This document shows, piece after piece, positions 29,418 through 38,368 of a DNA stretch of 64,000 nucleotides; the first letter of the stretch is position 1, and each line of letters opens with the position of its first letter. Position numbers and translations under genes: made by a program. The notes below the pieces were generated by a model. That model had not been told where the DNA came from. It was given only the letters and a program-made list of their open reading frames with translations, and ran no database searches. Origin of the DNA: Patescibacteria group bacterium (GTDB lineage: Bacteria > Patescibacteriota > JAHJAL01). The DNA is taken from positions 11,752 through 75,751 of the forward strand of contig DAIRGB010000001.1 of the NCBI GenBank assembly GCA_036794765.1. Direction: 5' to 3'.

Positions 29418-30770
29418 TTGTTACAATCAAACGTAGCATTTATATTAATTTTTTTATTGATGAAAAATATTCTTAGATATTGGCATATTCCAATGGCAGT
29501 AGTTTTGGGAGTTGTCATTTTGTATATTGCTTTGATTGGTTATAGATTGTTTTTTTCCGGAAAGGCTGATTCTTCGAATAATAATTCGGGTGATAGTTTT
29601 TGGACAAATATCACTGATAGCATTGGTATCAATACCAGAAAGTTGCGAGGTGAAAGAGAGGGTAGGATAAATGTTTTAATGGTGGGAGTTCCAGGTGGCG
29701 ATCATGATGGTCCGGATTTGACCGATAGTATTTTGTTTGTCTCGGTCAATGTAAATGAAAAAAAAATTGATATGTTTTCTATACCGAGGGATTTGTATGT
29801 AGAGATTCCCGGTTTTGGGTACAACAAAATCAATTCGGCTTATTCAATGGGAAAAAATTATCAATTGGCTGGAGGAGGGATTGATGTCTTGAAAGATACT
29901 GTGGAATCAATTGTTGGTCAGAGTGTTGATTATTATGTAAAAATTGATTTTGATGGTTTTGTGAAAACTGTTGATGCTTTAGGTGGGATCGATGTGACGG
30001 TTGATGAGGATATATATGATTTTCTATATCCTGATGGTTATGGTGGCTATGAGCCGTTTTCTTTGGCAGCCGGAAAACAACATTTGGATGGAAATACGGC
30101 TTTGAAATTCGTCCGGAGTCGTCAAACAACCAGTGATTTTGATCGTTCCAAGCGGCAGCAAAAGGCTTTGGTAGCTATTAAAGATGCTTTTTTAAAAAAA
30201 GGTGTTATTGGTGGCGCCAAAGTATTGATTCAGGTGATAGATATTTTGTCGGATCATCTTGAAACTGATTTGAAGGTATGGGAATGGGAAAGGGTGGCCA
30301 AGATTGCCAAAGATTGGGATAGTGAATTGAAGGTTGCCACTCATAATTTCGATAACTCGCCGGAAGGTTTTTTGGGCGATGGCAATATCGATGGTTTGTA
30401 TGTTTTGCAACCGGTTGCGGGGGACTTTTCAGAGATACAGGAGTTTGTAGAAAAAACTATAAATAGTTCGGAGGCGCCAGAACCAACTAGTATGGTGGTT
30501 AATATTTATAATGCGACCAATCGAGTTGGATTGGCTGGAAGTTTTGCCGAAGAACTAAAAAATCAGGGTGGCGTTGAAGTGCTTGAAGTGGGTAACGCTG
30601 AGGAAAAAATTGATAAGTCGATTATTAGGTGTCAAAACAACAAAGAGTTAAAAAAGAAAATTGAGGAATTGAAGGAAAAATGGGATTTGGTTGAGGATAA
30701 AGAACAATTAGGATCGGATTTAAAATATGATTGTGAGATTATTTTAGGGGATAATTTTATTTTGGAGTAG
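29418..30770 (+). CDS. LytR-CpsA-Psr (LCP) family protein.
   Basis: N-terminal transmembrane segment. LCP domain INVLMVGVPGGD...SILFVSVN...FSIPRDLYVEIPGFG...KINSAYSMG. C-terminal LytR_C-like domain. Confidence 0.75.
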   Translation: MLQSNVAFILIFLLMKNILRYWHIPMAVVLGVVILYIALIGYRLFFSGKADSSNNNSGDSFWTNITDSIGINTRKLRGEREGRINVLMVGVPGGDHDGPDLTDSILFVSVNVNEKKIDMFSIPRDLYVEIPGFGYNKINSAYSMGKNYQLAGGGIDVLKDTVESIVGQSVDYYVKIDFDGFVKTVDALGGIDVTVDEDIYDFLYPDGYGGYEPFSLAAGKQHLDGNTALKFVRSRQTTSDFDRSKRQQKALVAIKDAFLKKGVIGGAKVLIQVIDILSDHLETDLKVWEWERVAKIAKDWDSELKVATHNFDNSPEGFLGDGNIDGLYVLQPVAGDFSEIQEFVEKTINSSEAPEPTSMVVNIYNATNRVGLAGSFAEELKNQGGVEVLEVGNAEEKIDKSIIRCQNNKELKKKIEELKEKWDLVEDKEQLGSDLKYDCEIILGDNFILE

Positions 30771-30771
30771 T

Positions 30772-31533
30772 ATGAGTTGGCTTCGATTCAAACCATTAGT
30801 GATTAGTGTGGTATTCTTGGTTATTCTGGAGTTTTTGTATTATTATCCCAGTTTGGTGTTGTGGGGCGGTTTTGTATTATTGCTAATTATTTTGGCTGGT
30901 GTGTTGTGGATTATGAGAGGTAATTGGGAGGATGGTATTATTAGGAGATCGATTTTACCTGTATTATTGGCAATGGGAGTATTGTCTTTCGGTTTTTTCA
31001 TGCATATGCCTTATTATCGTCAGGTGGTTTTGTTTGTTGGTTCTTTTTGTTTATATTTTTTGATGGTCTATGTTGATCAGTTTCCGTACAAAAGTTTTTT
31101 GATTACGCGTTTAAATTTCTCTTTTGTAGCTTTGGTGGCAGCTTATCTTTTGTTTTTTTCGATTACCAATTTTAGCGTTAGTTTGCAAATGCCTTTATGG
31201 ATATTGATGATCATTGTGGTGATGGTTAGTTTTTTGATTTTTTATTCAGTATTATGGGCTAGTGGTTTGGAAAGATCTTATGTGATGTTGTATACTGTAT
31301 TGTTGGGACTGATGATGTCCGAAATATTTTTGGTGGTTAGTTTTTGGCCGGTTGATCCTTCGGCGAAGAGTATGGTTTTGGTGGTAGTTATGTATATCTT
31401 TTGGGGATTGCTTAGTAGTTGGCTGGAAAAAGTAATGACGACGAGAGTAGTGATAGAATATTTGGCTATAGGTTTAACTTTGATGGCGGTGGTATTGTTG
31501 ACGGCAAGTTGGTTACCGCCATTTTTAATTTAG
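30772..31533 (+). CDS. Polytopic membrane protein of unknown function.
   Basis: 253 aa with seven or more hydrophobic helices. Confidence 0.5.
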   Translation: MSWLRFKPLVISVVFLVILEFLYYYPSLVLWGGFVLLLIILAGVLWIMRGNWEDGIIRRSILPVLLAMGVLSFGFFMHMPYYRQVVLFVGSFCLYFLMVYVDQFPYKSFLITRLNFSFVALVAAYLLFFSITNFSVSLQMPLWILMIIVVMVSFLIFYSVLWASGLERSYVMLYTVLLGLMMSEIFLVVSFWPVDPSAKSMVLVVVMYIFWGLLSSWLEKVMTTRVVIEYLAIGLTLMAVVLLTASWLPPFLI

Positions 31534-31558
31534 GTTGTTTATTTAACGTGGGAGATTT

Positions 31559-32608
31559 ATGAATAAAGAAAATGAGAAAATAGAAGGTCAGGTCGAAGAC
31601 AAAAAAAGTGATTTTTTTGAAAATAATGATGATTTGGTAGCTGTGCCAAAAAAAGGAATGAATTGGATGTCTATTTTGGGAATGGTGTTGATATTGATAG
31701 TCGTGGTTTTTGGAGTTGTAGCAGTTTTATTGTATGGTTTTAAAAATGAATCTCAGTTTGTAAAAATGATGGCGACTCAGTTTTATTATCCTTTTGTTGC
31801 GGTAGAAGATAAAGTGATACCGATGTCTGAATATTGGAGTAGTTTGGAATTGGTAAGGAAAAATTGTGAATTGGTGGGGACAAATTGTCAGACGACCGAT
31901 GATGATCGAAGGACAGTGTCAAAGAGATTGATTGATGAGAGATCGGTGGAAGTATTGGCTAAAAAAGAAGGGATAAATGTGGACAATAGTGAATTGGATA
32001 CTGAGTATCAGAAAATTGTGGAACAAAATGGTGGTGAGGCTGAGTTTACCAATGTAATCAGGGATAAATTGAATTGGAGTACCGATGAGTTCAAACAAAA
32101 GTTGTTGATTAGTTTGTATGGTCAAAAGTTGGAAGATAAAGTTATAGAAAAAGTGAGCGCTAAACATATTTTAATTTCTGCCGATCAGTCTGCTAGCGAA
32201 GAGGATGTAGCCAAAGCCAAGGAGAAAGCTTTAGAAGTTATTAAAAAATTGAAAGAAGGTGGTGATTTTACTGCTTTAGCAAAAGAGTACAGTAATGATC
32301 CCAGCGCAAGTCAAAATGGGGGAGATTTGGGTTACTTTTCACGAGGGATGATGGTGCCGGAATTTGAAAAAGCTGCTTTTGCTTTGGAAAAAGGTCAGAT
32401 TAGCGAACCGGTAAAAACTGATTTTGGTTGGCATGTGATCAAGGTGGAAGACAAAAAAGGTTCGGTTAAAAATAGTTTTACCGAGTGGTTGGAAGAACAG
32501 AAAAAACAGATGAAGATTGTGTATTTTTATAAGATACCGGCGGAGAAAACAGGTGATAGTGCGACCGATGCAAACCAAGTTGATGCCACTACTCCGGCTA
32601 ATCAATAA
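31559..32608 (+). CDS. Parvulin-type peptidyl-prolyl cis-trans isomerase, PrsA/SurA-like and membrane-anchored.
   Basis: N-terminal transmembrane segment. Parvulin domain KHILI...GGDLGYFSRGMMVPEFEKAAFAL...GWHVIKVE. Confidence 0.75.
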   Translation: MNKENEKIEGQVEDKKSDFFENNDDLVAVPKKGMNWMSILGMVLILIVVVFGVVAVLLYGFKNESQFVKMMATQFYYPFVAVEDKVIPMSEYWSSLELVRKNCELVGTNCQTTDDDRRTVSKRLIDERSVEVLAKKEGINVDNSELDTEYQKIVEQNGGEAEFTNVIRDKLNWSTDEFKQKLLISLYGQKLEDKVIEKVSAKHILISADQSASEEDVAKAKEKALEVIKKLKEGGDFTALAKEYSNDPSASQNGGDLGYFSRGMMVPEFEKAAFALEKGQISEPVKTDFGWHVIKVEDKKGSVKNSFTEWLEEQKKQMKIVYFYKIPAEKTGDSATDANQVDATTPANQ

Positions 32609-32619
32609 GATAATAGATA

Positions 32620-32742
32620 ACAAACCCTTATAAACTCTTTAAAACTCTTTTAAACACTTAAAAACTATGGGAATTATGAGAGTGTTTATTGTAAAGTTTG
32701 TAAGAGTATATAAGGGTTTCTAAGTGTTTATAAGAGTTTTGT
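32620..32742. repeat. Imperfectly palindromic block of the 10-bp phased A-tract repeat family. It lies upstream of tRNA-Asp.
   Basis: AAACCCTTATAAACTCTTTAAAACTCTTTTAAACACTTAAAAACT is followed by the same word set in inverted orientation, GTTTATAAGAGTTTT etc. Confidence 0.5.
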
Positions 32743-32834
32743 ATTTTGTGGTTTCATTGAAAATATTTTCATGCTTTATGTAATGAGGTGGATTTATTGT
32801 TCCAGGTTTGCTAATATTTATATGTAAATTTATT

Positions 32835-32909
32835 GGAGCCGTAGTTCAGTTTGGTTAGAACGCAGCCCTGTCACGGCTGAGGTCGCGGGTTCGAGCCCCG
32901 TCGGCTCCG
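32835..32909 (+). tRNA. tRNA-Asp with anticodon GTC.
   Basis: Acceptor stem GGAGCCG pairs with CGGCTCC. Discriminator G. Anticodon stem-loop CAGCC/CTGTCAC/GGCTG. T-loop GGTTCGAGCCC. Confidence 0.85.
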
Positions 32910-32917
32910 CTTCGTTT

Positions 32918-32950
32918 TGAGAGGAAAACCAATGGTTTTCCTCTCAACGT
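32918..32950 (+). terminator. Hairpin downstream of tRNA-Asp.
   Basis: GAGAGGAAAACC, loop AATG, then GGTTTTCCTCTC. Confidence 0.4.
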
Positions 32951-33037
32951 TTCACTGCTCTCCTTTCCTTTTCAAGGAACCAAAAATCCCGAAATGAATT
33001 CGTTGATTTTTGATAATAGATAATAAGCAGAATATAA

Positions 33038-33065
33038 AAAACCGAGTGATCGGTTTTTTTTGATG
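33038..33065. terminator. Bidirectional terminator hairpin, A-run / CCGAGTGATCGG / T-run. This is copy 1 of a direct repeat of about 28 nt.
   Basis: AAAAAACCGAGTGATCGGTTTTTTTT. An identical core recurs at 33955-33982. Confidence 0.55.
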
Positions 33066-33137
33066 GGGAGAACTGGTAAGATGAGGGTTTTGGGCATGAA
33101 AAAAGGGAGTTTCTTGCTCCCTATTGTTTATAGCGGC

Positions 33138-33326
33138 TTATTTATATCTGTTTTTGTATGCCCAGTGAAGGGCATTTGCAATTAACATTGCAAAAAAGTA
33201 AGCAATGCAAATTATTGATCCTGGCGGATAAAATTTTAGACAAAATATAAAAGTAATTGCCATAATTGTTCCACCAAAAATTGGTGCCCATTTGTTTAAA
33301 AATTTATCTTCTCTAGACAGTTTCAT
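33138..33326 (-). CDS. Small two-transmembrane-segment protein of unknown function.
   Basis: 62 aa with two hydrophobic helices. It overlaps the upstream gene by 4 nt (ATGA). Confidence 0.4.
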   Translation of the reverse strand: MKLSREDKFLNKWAPIFGGTIMAITFIFCLKFYPPGSIICIAYFFAMLIANALHWAYKNRYK

Positions 33327-33796
33327 TTTTTTTCTCCCTTCTTTTTTATTTTCTGGATTGTTCTTTTGTGTTCGGGGGTGAATTTGTATCCCCCGATTTT
33401 TAATTCATCAAGTATCTGTTCAAAGGTCTGAATATTAATTTTTTGTAATTTTACAAAAGAATGTAATCTTTCAAGATCCAGTTTCATTTCTTCGCTGTCG
33501 TGATTGGCAAAAATTTTTTCGCAGCAGTCATCGAATATTTCCTGAAAATTGACAATTTTTAATTTTGCAATTTTTTTGAGGTATTTTCCCTCAATGATGT
33601 TATTTCTCAAAATGCAACAGAAATAGTTTTTAAGATTAAGTCCTGGAGGTATTTCGTAAATTTCCTGAATGACTTTTTTCTGAATGTTGTTGTCAAAATT
33701 CAAGAAGTTTTCTAGATCGTCTGCAAAATCTAGCCAAGGTTCATCTTTTTCCATGGCTTTTAGGAGTTTTTTCGTTTCTTCTAACATTTTTTTCAC
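33323..33796 (-). CDS. Hypothetical cytoplasmic protein.
   Basis: 157-aa ORF, charged and helical. Translationally coupled to the small membrane protein. Confidence 0.45.
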   Translation of the reverse strand: MKKMLEETKKLLKAMEKDEPWLDFADDLENFLNFDNNIQKKVIQEIYEIPPGLNLKNYFCCILRNNIIEGKYLKKIAKLKIVNFQEIFDDCCEKIFANHDSEEMKLDLERLHSFVKLQKINIQTFEQILDELKIGGYKFTPEHKRTIQKIKKKGEKK

Positions 33797-33954
33797 TCTC
33801 TTTCTTTTTAAAATTCATTCTTTAAGACCCAAGAACCAAAGCCCTTTCTTGCTTTGGTACGATATTTTGGACTTAAAGAACAATAACTTTGTAGCATATA
33901 TATATATTGTTGTCAATCTTGTACTGGTGGTATTTTTTGAAATAATTATTATAA

Positions 33955-33982
33955 AAAAACCGAGTGATCGGTTTTTTAGTTT
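33955..33982. terminator. Copy 2 of the bidirectional terminator hairpin.
   Basis: AAAAAAACCGAGTGATCGGTTTTTT. Confidence 0.55.
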
Positions 33983-34272
33983 GATTTTTGTGTTATTTTT
34001 GTTGTTTGTATGAATTTTTCATGATGGAATGATAATTACAATGATTTTTAGAACTTTTTCAGCATTATTTTGGAAATATTTTATTATTGCTAGACGCTTG
34101 TTAATGATTTCTAGTATAAATCGCATGCGACCCAGAATGGACAGTATATGATATTTGTTTCTCTTTTAGTGTTCCAAAATTTTTTAAGATATTCTTTGCC
34201 AAGATCTTTATATTTATTGTATTATCATTATTGTTGTATTCTACCATTTCAAATTAATATTTTGACTATATC

Positions 34273-34301
34273 TTGACAATATTAATTAATAGTGTTATAG
34301 A
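34273..34301 (+). promoter_or_regulatory. Candidate sigma70-like promoter. TTGACA is followed by a 17-nt spacer and then TATAGA.
   Basis: TTGACA at 34273-34278 and TATAGA at 34296-34301, about 30 nt upstream of the ATG at 34332 in an AT-rich gap. Confidence 0.3.
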
Positions 34302-34331
34302 TTTAGTATTATATCTTTTATCATTTTTTGT

Positions 34332-35408
34332 ATGGAAAAATTTTTCAAAGAGGAAAAAAACGAAATAGTAAGTAATGGAGAAAATAGGAATAGTCATTTT
34401 AAAGAAGGAATAACTAAAGCTTATAAATATATTAGTATGCTTGATGACGATATAGTTAATAAAGAAATAGTTAATGGGGAGGAGGATATTGCTTTGTTGT
34501 ATTCAAGGTATTATAAAGCATCAAAACAAATAGCCATTGATTTAGGTGTAGAAAATGAATTTGGAATTGATGCCTTAACTGATTTGCTTGTTAGTGGAGA
34601 ATATAAAAAATATCAAACAGATATAATATTTCTGACGGTATTATTTTTTAGAATAAAGAATATTAAGTTGAAAATTATTACTGAGAACAGAAAGAAAAGT
34701 TATTTTTATATGGACGAACAAAAGAAAGACGGTACTCCCTTTATCGAAACAATTCCTGATAAAAATAATGATATTGATAAGGTGATTTTCAAAGAATATT
34801 TTTGTTGGTTAACAAATCAAATAAATGAAAAATATGGAGATAAAATAAATGCTTTAGAAAAAGATTTTTTGTCGTTTTTTGCGGAGGGGGATGATGTTAA
34901 AGAGATTAGAAAGAGGTTAATAGAAAAAGGGTATACCCAGCCATGGACTTCACTTGGTTTAAAAGGTTTTAAAGAAAAATTATTGAAATGGGGATTGATT
35001 GATGACCCTAATTTTAAGAGAATAGAATGGAAAAAGAATAATGTTTCAAATAGGGATGTGTTAGAAATTTATCTTAAAGAGTCAAGATATTCTTTTTCTG
35101 AGTATGAAGGTCGGTTAGTCGATGTATTTCTAAAAAATGGGAAAATTGATTTTAGCAGTGATTTTTTGGATGTAGATTTAACAAGTCTGGCTCAGAGTTT
35201 AAAAAAGAGATTAAGAGCTCATATGGCTAAGAGAGGTTTAAATTGTAGAGATTTTTTTGATTTTCTTAATAAGGTATCTATAGATGCAAAAAAAAGAAAT
35301 ATTGATTCAATTGAACCTGAGAGATTTGAACCGGAGTTGGTAAATTTTGAGAATGATTTGAGGCCATCTTGTTATAGGGGTGGAAATATTGAGGATTGGA
35401 TGCTTTGA
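34332..35408 (+). CDS. Hypothetical protein within the tRNA-Asp-adjacent islet.
   Basis: 358-aa ORF. No motif I recognise. Confidence 0.45.
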   Translation: MEKFFKEEKNEIVSNGENRNSHFKEGITKAYKYISMLDDDIVNKEIVNGEEDIALLYSRYYKASKQIAIDLGVENEFGIDALTDLLVSGEYKKYQTDIIFLTVLFFRIKNIKLKIITENRKKSYFYMDEQKKDGTPFIETIPDKNNDIDKVIFKEYFCWLTNQINEKYGDKINALEKDFLSFFAEGDDVKEIRKRLIEKGYTQPWTSLGLKGFKEKLLKWGLIDDPNFKRIEWKKNNVSNRDVLEIYLKESRYSFSEYEGRLVDVFLKNGKIDFSSDFLDVDLTSLAQSLKKRLRAHMAKRGLNCRDFFDFLNKVSIDAKKRNIDSIEPERFEPELVNFENDLRPSCYRGGNIEDWML

Positions 35409-35527
35409 TATTGTATTTTTTGAATTAATAGACTCTATATCAAAACTTTGATATAGAGTTTTTCTTTAAGTATTATCAGGTTTTGTTTTATACTGGGAAG
35501 TAGTTTAATTATTTTATTTTTTTCTAT

Positions 35528-36805
35528 ATGAAGATTGATTACAAATTGACGAAGTTGAAAAATGGGATGCGGGTGTTGTTGGTTCCAAATAAACATGTGG
35601 AGTCGGTGAATGTTTCGATTTTTTTCCGGGTTGGTTCTCGATGCGAGGATGAGAATATTGCCGGGATTTCGCATTTTTTGGAACATATGTTTTTTAAGGG
35701 AACCAAAAAAAGACCGAAGGCAAAATTTATTTCGGAGGCGATTGATAGTGTGGGTGGGGAGATGAATGCGTTTACGAGTTATGAGTATACCGGGTATTGG
35801 ATAAAAGTGGCCAAACAACATACTGATTTGGCGATTGATGTTTTGTCGGATATGATTATTGATTCCAAATTTTTGCAAAAGGAATTGGATCGGGAACGAA
35901 ATGTTATTAAAGAAGAAATGAAGATGTATGAGGATAATCCGGATTATTATATCTGGCGGGTGTGGAACAAGGTGTTGTATGGGGAGCAGGGGTTGGGACG
36001 GGAAATTGCCGGGACACGGGAGGCTTTGGACAATATTAATCATCCGGAGATGATTGAATATCGAAACAATTATTATTCGGTAGCCAATGGGTTGTTGGTA
36101 GTGGTGGGAAACTTTGTGGAAACTTCTTTGATGACGACTTTGAATAAATATTGGAATAAAGTCAGTAAGGGCATGAGATCGGAGTATCAATTGGCAAGTG
36201 ACTGTCAGCCAAAACCGCAGGTTGAATTGTTGACCAAAGATATTCAGCAGGCCAATATGTGCGTTGGAGTGAGGTCATATCGTTCTTTTCATCCTGATCA
36301 CTTTGTAGTCAATTTGATTTCGGTGATTTTGGGACGAGGGATGAGTTCACGATTATTTTTGCGGGTGCGAGAAAAACATGGGTTAGTTTATACGATTCGG
36401 GCCATGGCGGACAATTATGTCGATGTGGGAAATTTGGTTGTAAAAACCGGTTGTGATGCCAACAAAGCCGAACAGGCCTTGAAGATGATTTTGGAGGAGT
36501 TCAAAAAATTGACCAAGGAAAAAGTTTTGAAAAAAGAATTGGATAAAGCCAAAGAGTATTGGAAAGGGACTTTGATTTTGTCTTTGGAGGATTTGGAGAG
36601 TGTTGGTGGTATGGTAGGGATGCAGGAATTGTTGTTTGATAAAGTGGTTACTCCGGATCAGATGATCAAGGCGATTGATAAAGTGACGGCGGAAGATATT
36701 ATGAGAGTGGCAAAGGATATGTTTAAACCGGAAAAATTGAATCTGGCGGTGATCGGTCCTTTTAAAAATAGCAAGAAATTTCAGACGATTGTTTCTAATT
36801 TTTAG
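35528..36805 (+). CDS. M16 family (pitrilysin/insulinase-like) zinc peptidase.
   Basis: Inverted zinc motif HFLEHMFFKGT and downstream E residues. Two-domain M16 architecture. Confidence 0.8.
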   Translation: MKIDYKLTKLKNGMRVLLVPNKHVESVNVSIFFRVGSRCEDENIAGISHFLEHMFFKGTKKRPKAKFISEAIDSVGGEMNAFTSYEYTGYWIKVAKQHTDLAIDVLSDMIIDSKFLQKELDRERNVIKEEMKMYEDNPDYYIWRVWNKVLYGEQGLGREIAGTREALDNINHPEMIEYRNNYYSVANGLLVVVGNFVETSLMTTLNKYWNKVSKGMRSEYQLASDCQPKPQVELLTKDIQQANMCVGVRSYRSFHPDHFVVNLISVILGRGMSSRLFLRVREKHGLVYTIRAMADNYVDVGNLVVKTGCDANKAEQALKMILEEFKKLTKEKVLKKELDKAKEYWKGTLILSLEDLESVGGMVGMQELLFDKVVTPDQMIKAIDKVTAEDIMRVAKDMFKPEKLNLAVIGPFKNSKKFQTIVSNF

Positions 36806-36823
36806 GTAGTGTTTGTATTTATC

Positions 36824-36940
36824 GTGGAATATCCGTATAACTTTTTTTCTTTTTTTAAGACTCAGACATTTTTTCTAATGATTTTGACTATTGAACTCAA
36901 ACAAGTTAAAAAAAGAAAAAAAGTTATACGGATATTTCAC
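36824..36940. repeat. Copy 2 of the palindromic element, with 34-nt arms.
   Basis: GTGGAATATCCGTATAACTTTTTTTCTTTTTTTAA with its reverse complement at 36906-36940 (one mismatch). Core GACTCAGACA...CTAATGA...AACAAG. Confidence 0.55.
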
Positions 36941-36970
36941 TTGGTTAAATTATATTTATAGGAGCGTAAT

Positions 36971-37465
36971 ATGATTGAGCGAACTTTGGTGGCTTTGAAG
37001 CCGGATGCTGTGCAACGGGGTTTGATTGGTGAAGTGATTCATCGATTTGAACGAGCCGGTTTAAAAATTGTGGCAATGAAGATGAAGTGGGTGGATGAGG
37101 AATTTGCCAAAAAACATTATACTGAGGACATTTCGATTAGGAGAGGGGAACATGTTCGTCGTTATTTGGTGGAGTTTTTGTTGGTTGGACCGGTGGTGGC
37201 GATGGTTTTGGAGGGGGTGGATGCGATTGAAGTGGTGCGAAAGATGGTTGGTGGGACGGAACCAAAGATGGCGGTGCCGGGGACTATACGAGGTGATTTT
37301 TCGCATGTGAGTTATGACTATTGTGATTCCAAAGAAATGGTGGTAAAAAATATCATTCATGCTTCTTCGGATGCTAAAGACGCTAAACATGAGATTGATT
37401 TGTGGTTTGACAAGAGCGAGATTCATGATTACAAATCAGTTCATGATCAGCATATTTTTGATTGA
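36971..37465 (+). CDS. ndk: Nucleoside diphosphate kinase.
   Basis: ERTLVALKPDAVQRGLIGEVIHRFE. Active-site His context NIIHASSD. Confidence 0.85.
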   Translation: MIERTLVALKPDAVQRGLIGEVIHRFERAGLKIVAMKMKWVDEEFAKKHYTEDISIRRGEHVRRYLVEFLLVGPVVAMVLEGVDAIEVVRKMVGGTEPKMAVPGTIRGDFSHVSYDYCDSKEMVVKNIIHASSDAKDAKHEIDLWFDKSEIHDYKSVHDQHIFD

Positions 37466-37483
37466 CAAGTTTGTTTGTTGATT

Positions 37484-37516
37484 AAAAAAACCACTGATTT
37501 GACAGTGGTTTTTTTA
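37484..37516. terminator. Bidirectional rho-independent terminator between ndk and the convergent lipoprotein gene.
   Basis: AAAAAAACCACTG, loop ATTTGA, then CAGTGGTTTTTTT. Confidence 0.6.
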
Positions 37517-37545
37517 ATAATTTGTTATTTTTATTAAATGGGTTG

Positions 37546-38331
37546 TTATTTTATTTCGAAGAGAACTGTACTTTTAAGTTTGGTTTGATTGAGGTAAATG
37601 TCGGCGCGATAATTACCTTTGGGCCAGTTGCCATCAGGTGTTAAGAAAGTTTGGTTGTGTTGTTTGTCCAAAGTAAAGTGGGTTTTTTGGTTGGGGCCGA
37701 CGGTGGTACTGGCATCATTTATTTTTTTGGTGTCTGTGGTGTACCACCATTCCACTTTTAAATTCGAGTTTTTAGGTGCTTCGGGTGAAGTGGCAATCGT
37801 TAGAAATATTTCTTTACTGGTGGGAGAAAAGGTGTCAGTTTCGACGATTGGGTTGTGGGCGGAATCAATCTGACTGGCAGTTTTGACTGAACTAATCATG
37901 GCGTCCTGTTTGCCAGTGTCACCGATGGAAAATTTGTAGGTAGCATAGGTTTTTTGGTTGATAATGAAATCAATGCGGTATGAACCAATCTGCCAGTTAT
38001 AACCAGGTCGTTTGCTTTGAAAACCGATGGTGCCGCTGAGATTGGTGTTGATGGTATTGGAGTTGACAGGGACGTCTTCGCCGTTGCCTGTATAATTCCA
38101 GATGATTTGAATACTGGTGGGATTTTTCGTATCGGGATTGGTAAAACTAGCTTGGCCGTAGATGATAGCCGTATTTGCTTCAAAAACGGTTTGCGGATTG
38201 GTAATGAGAGAAGTTTTTTTATCTTTTTGATCGCCTAGTTTGATGTCGCTAAACTTGTACTCGCCTTGGCAGGCGGGTAAAATAAGGATGAAAATAAAAA
38301 GTGATAGGATTAGAATTGTTTTTTTGATCAT
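37546..38331 (-). CDS. Putative lipoprotein of unknown function.
   Basis: Signal peptide with lipobox LILPAC. Rich in T/N/S. Confidence 0.5.
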   Translation of the reverse strand: MIKKTILILSLFIFILILPACQGEYKFSDIKLGDQKDKKTSLITNPQTVFEANTAIIYGQASFTNPDTKNPTSIQIIWNYTGNGEDVPVNSNTINTNLSGTIGFQSKRPGYNWQIGSYRIDFIINQKTYATYKFSIGDTGKQDAMISSVKTASQIDSAHNPIVETDTFSPTSKEIFLTIATSPEAPKNSNLKVEWWYTTDTKKINDASTTVGPNQKTHFTLDKQHNQTFLTPDGNWPKGNYRADIYLNQTKLKSTVLFEIK

Positions 38332-38368
38332 ATTTTATATTTAGATTATTTTAGTTAAATTATATCAT

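Noticed and set aside
33684-34013. 109-aa + strand ORF
   Set aside because: It overlaps the minus-strand 157-aa gene and extends into the AT-rich noncoding region. The product is low-complexity Phe/Leu/Ser-rich, with no ribosome-binding site.
35435-36190. 251-aa minus-strand ORF
   Set aside because: It is completely antisense to the well-supported M16 peptidase gene (HxxEH motif). The His/Pro/Ile-rich product is typical of an antisense artefact.
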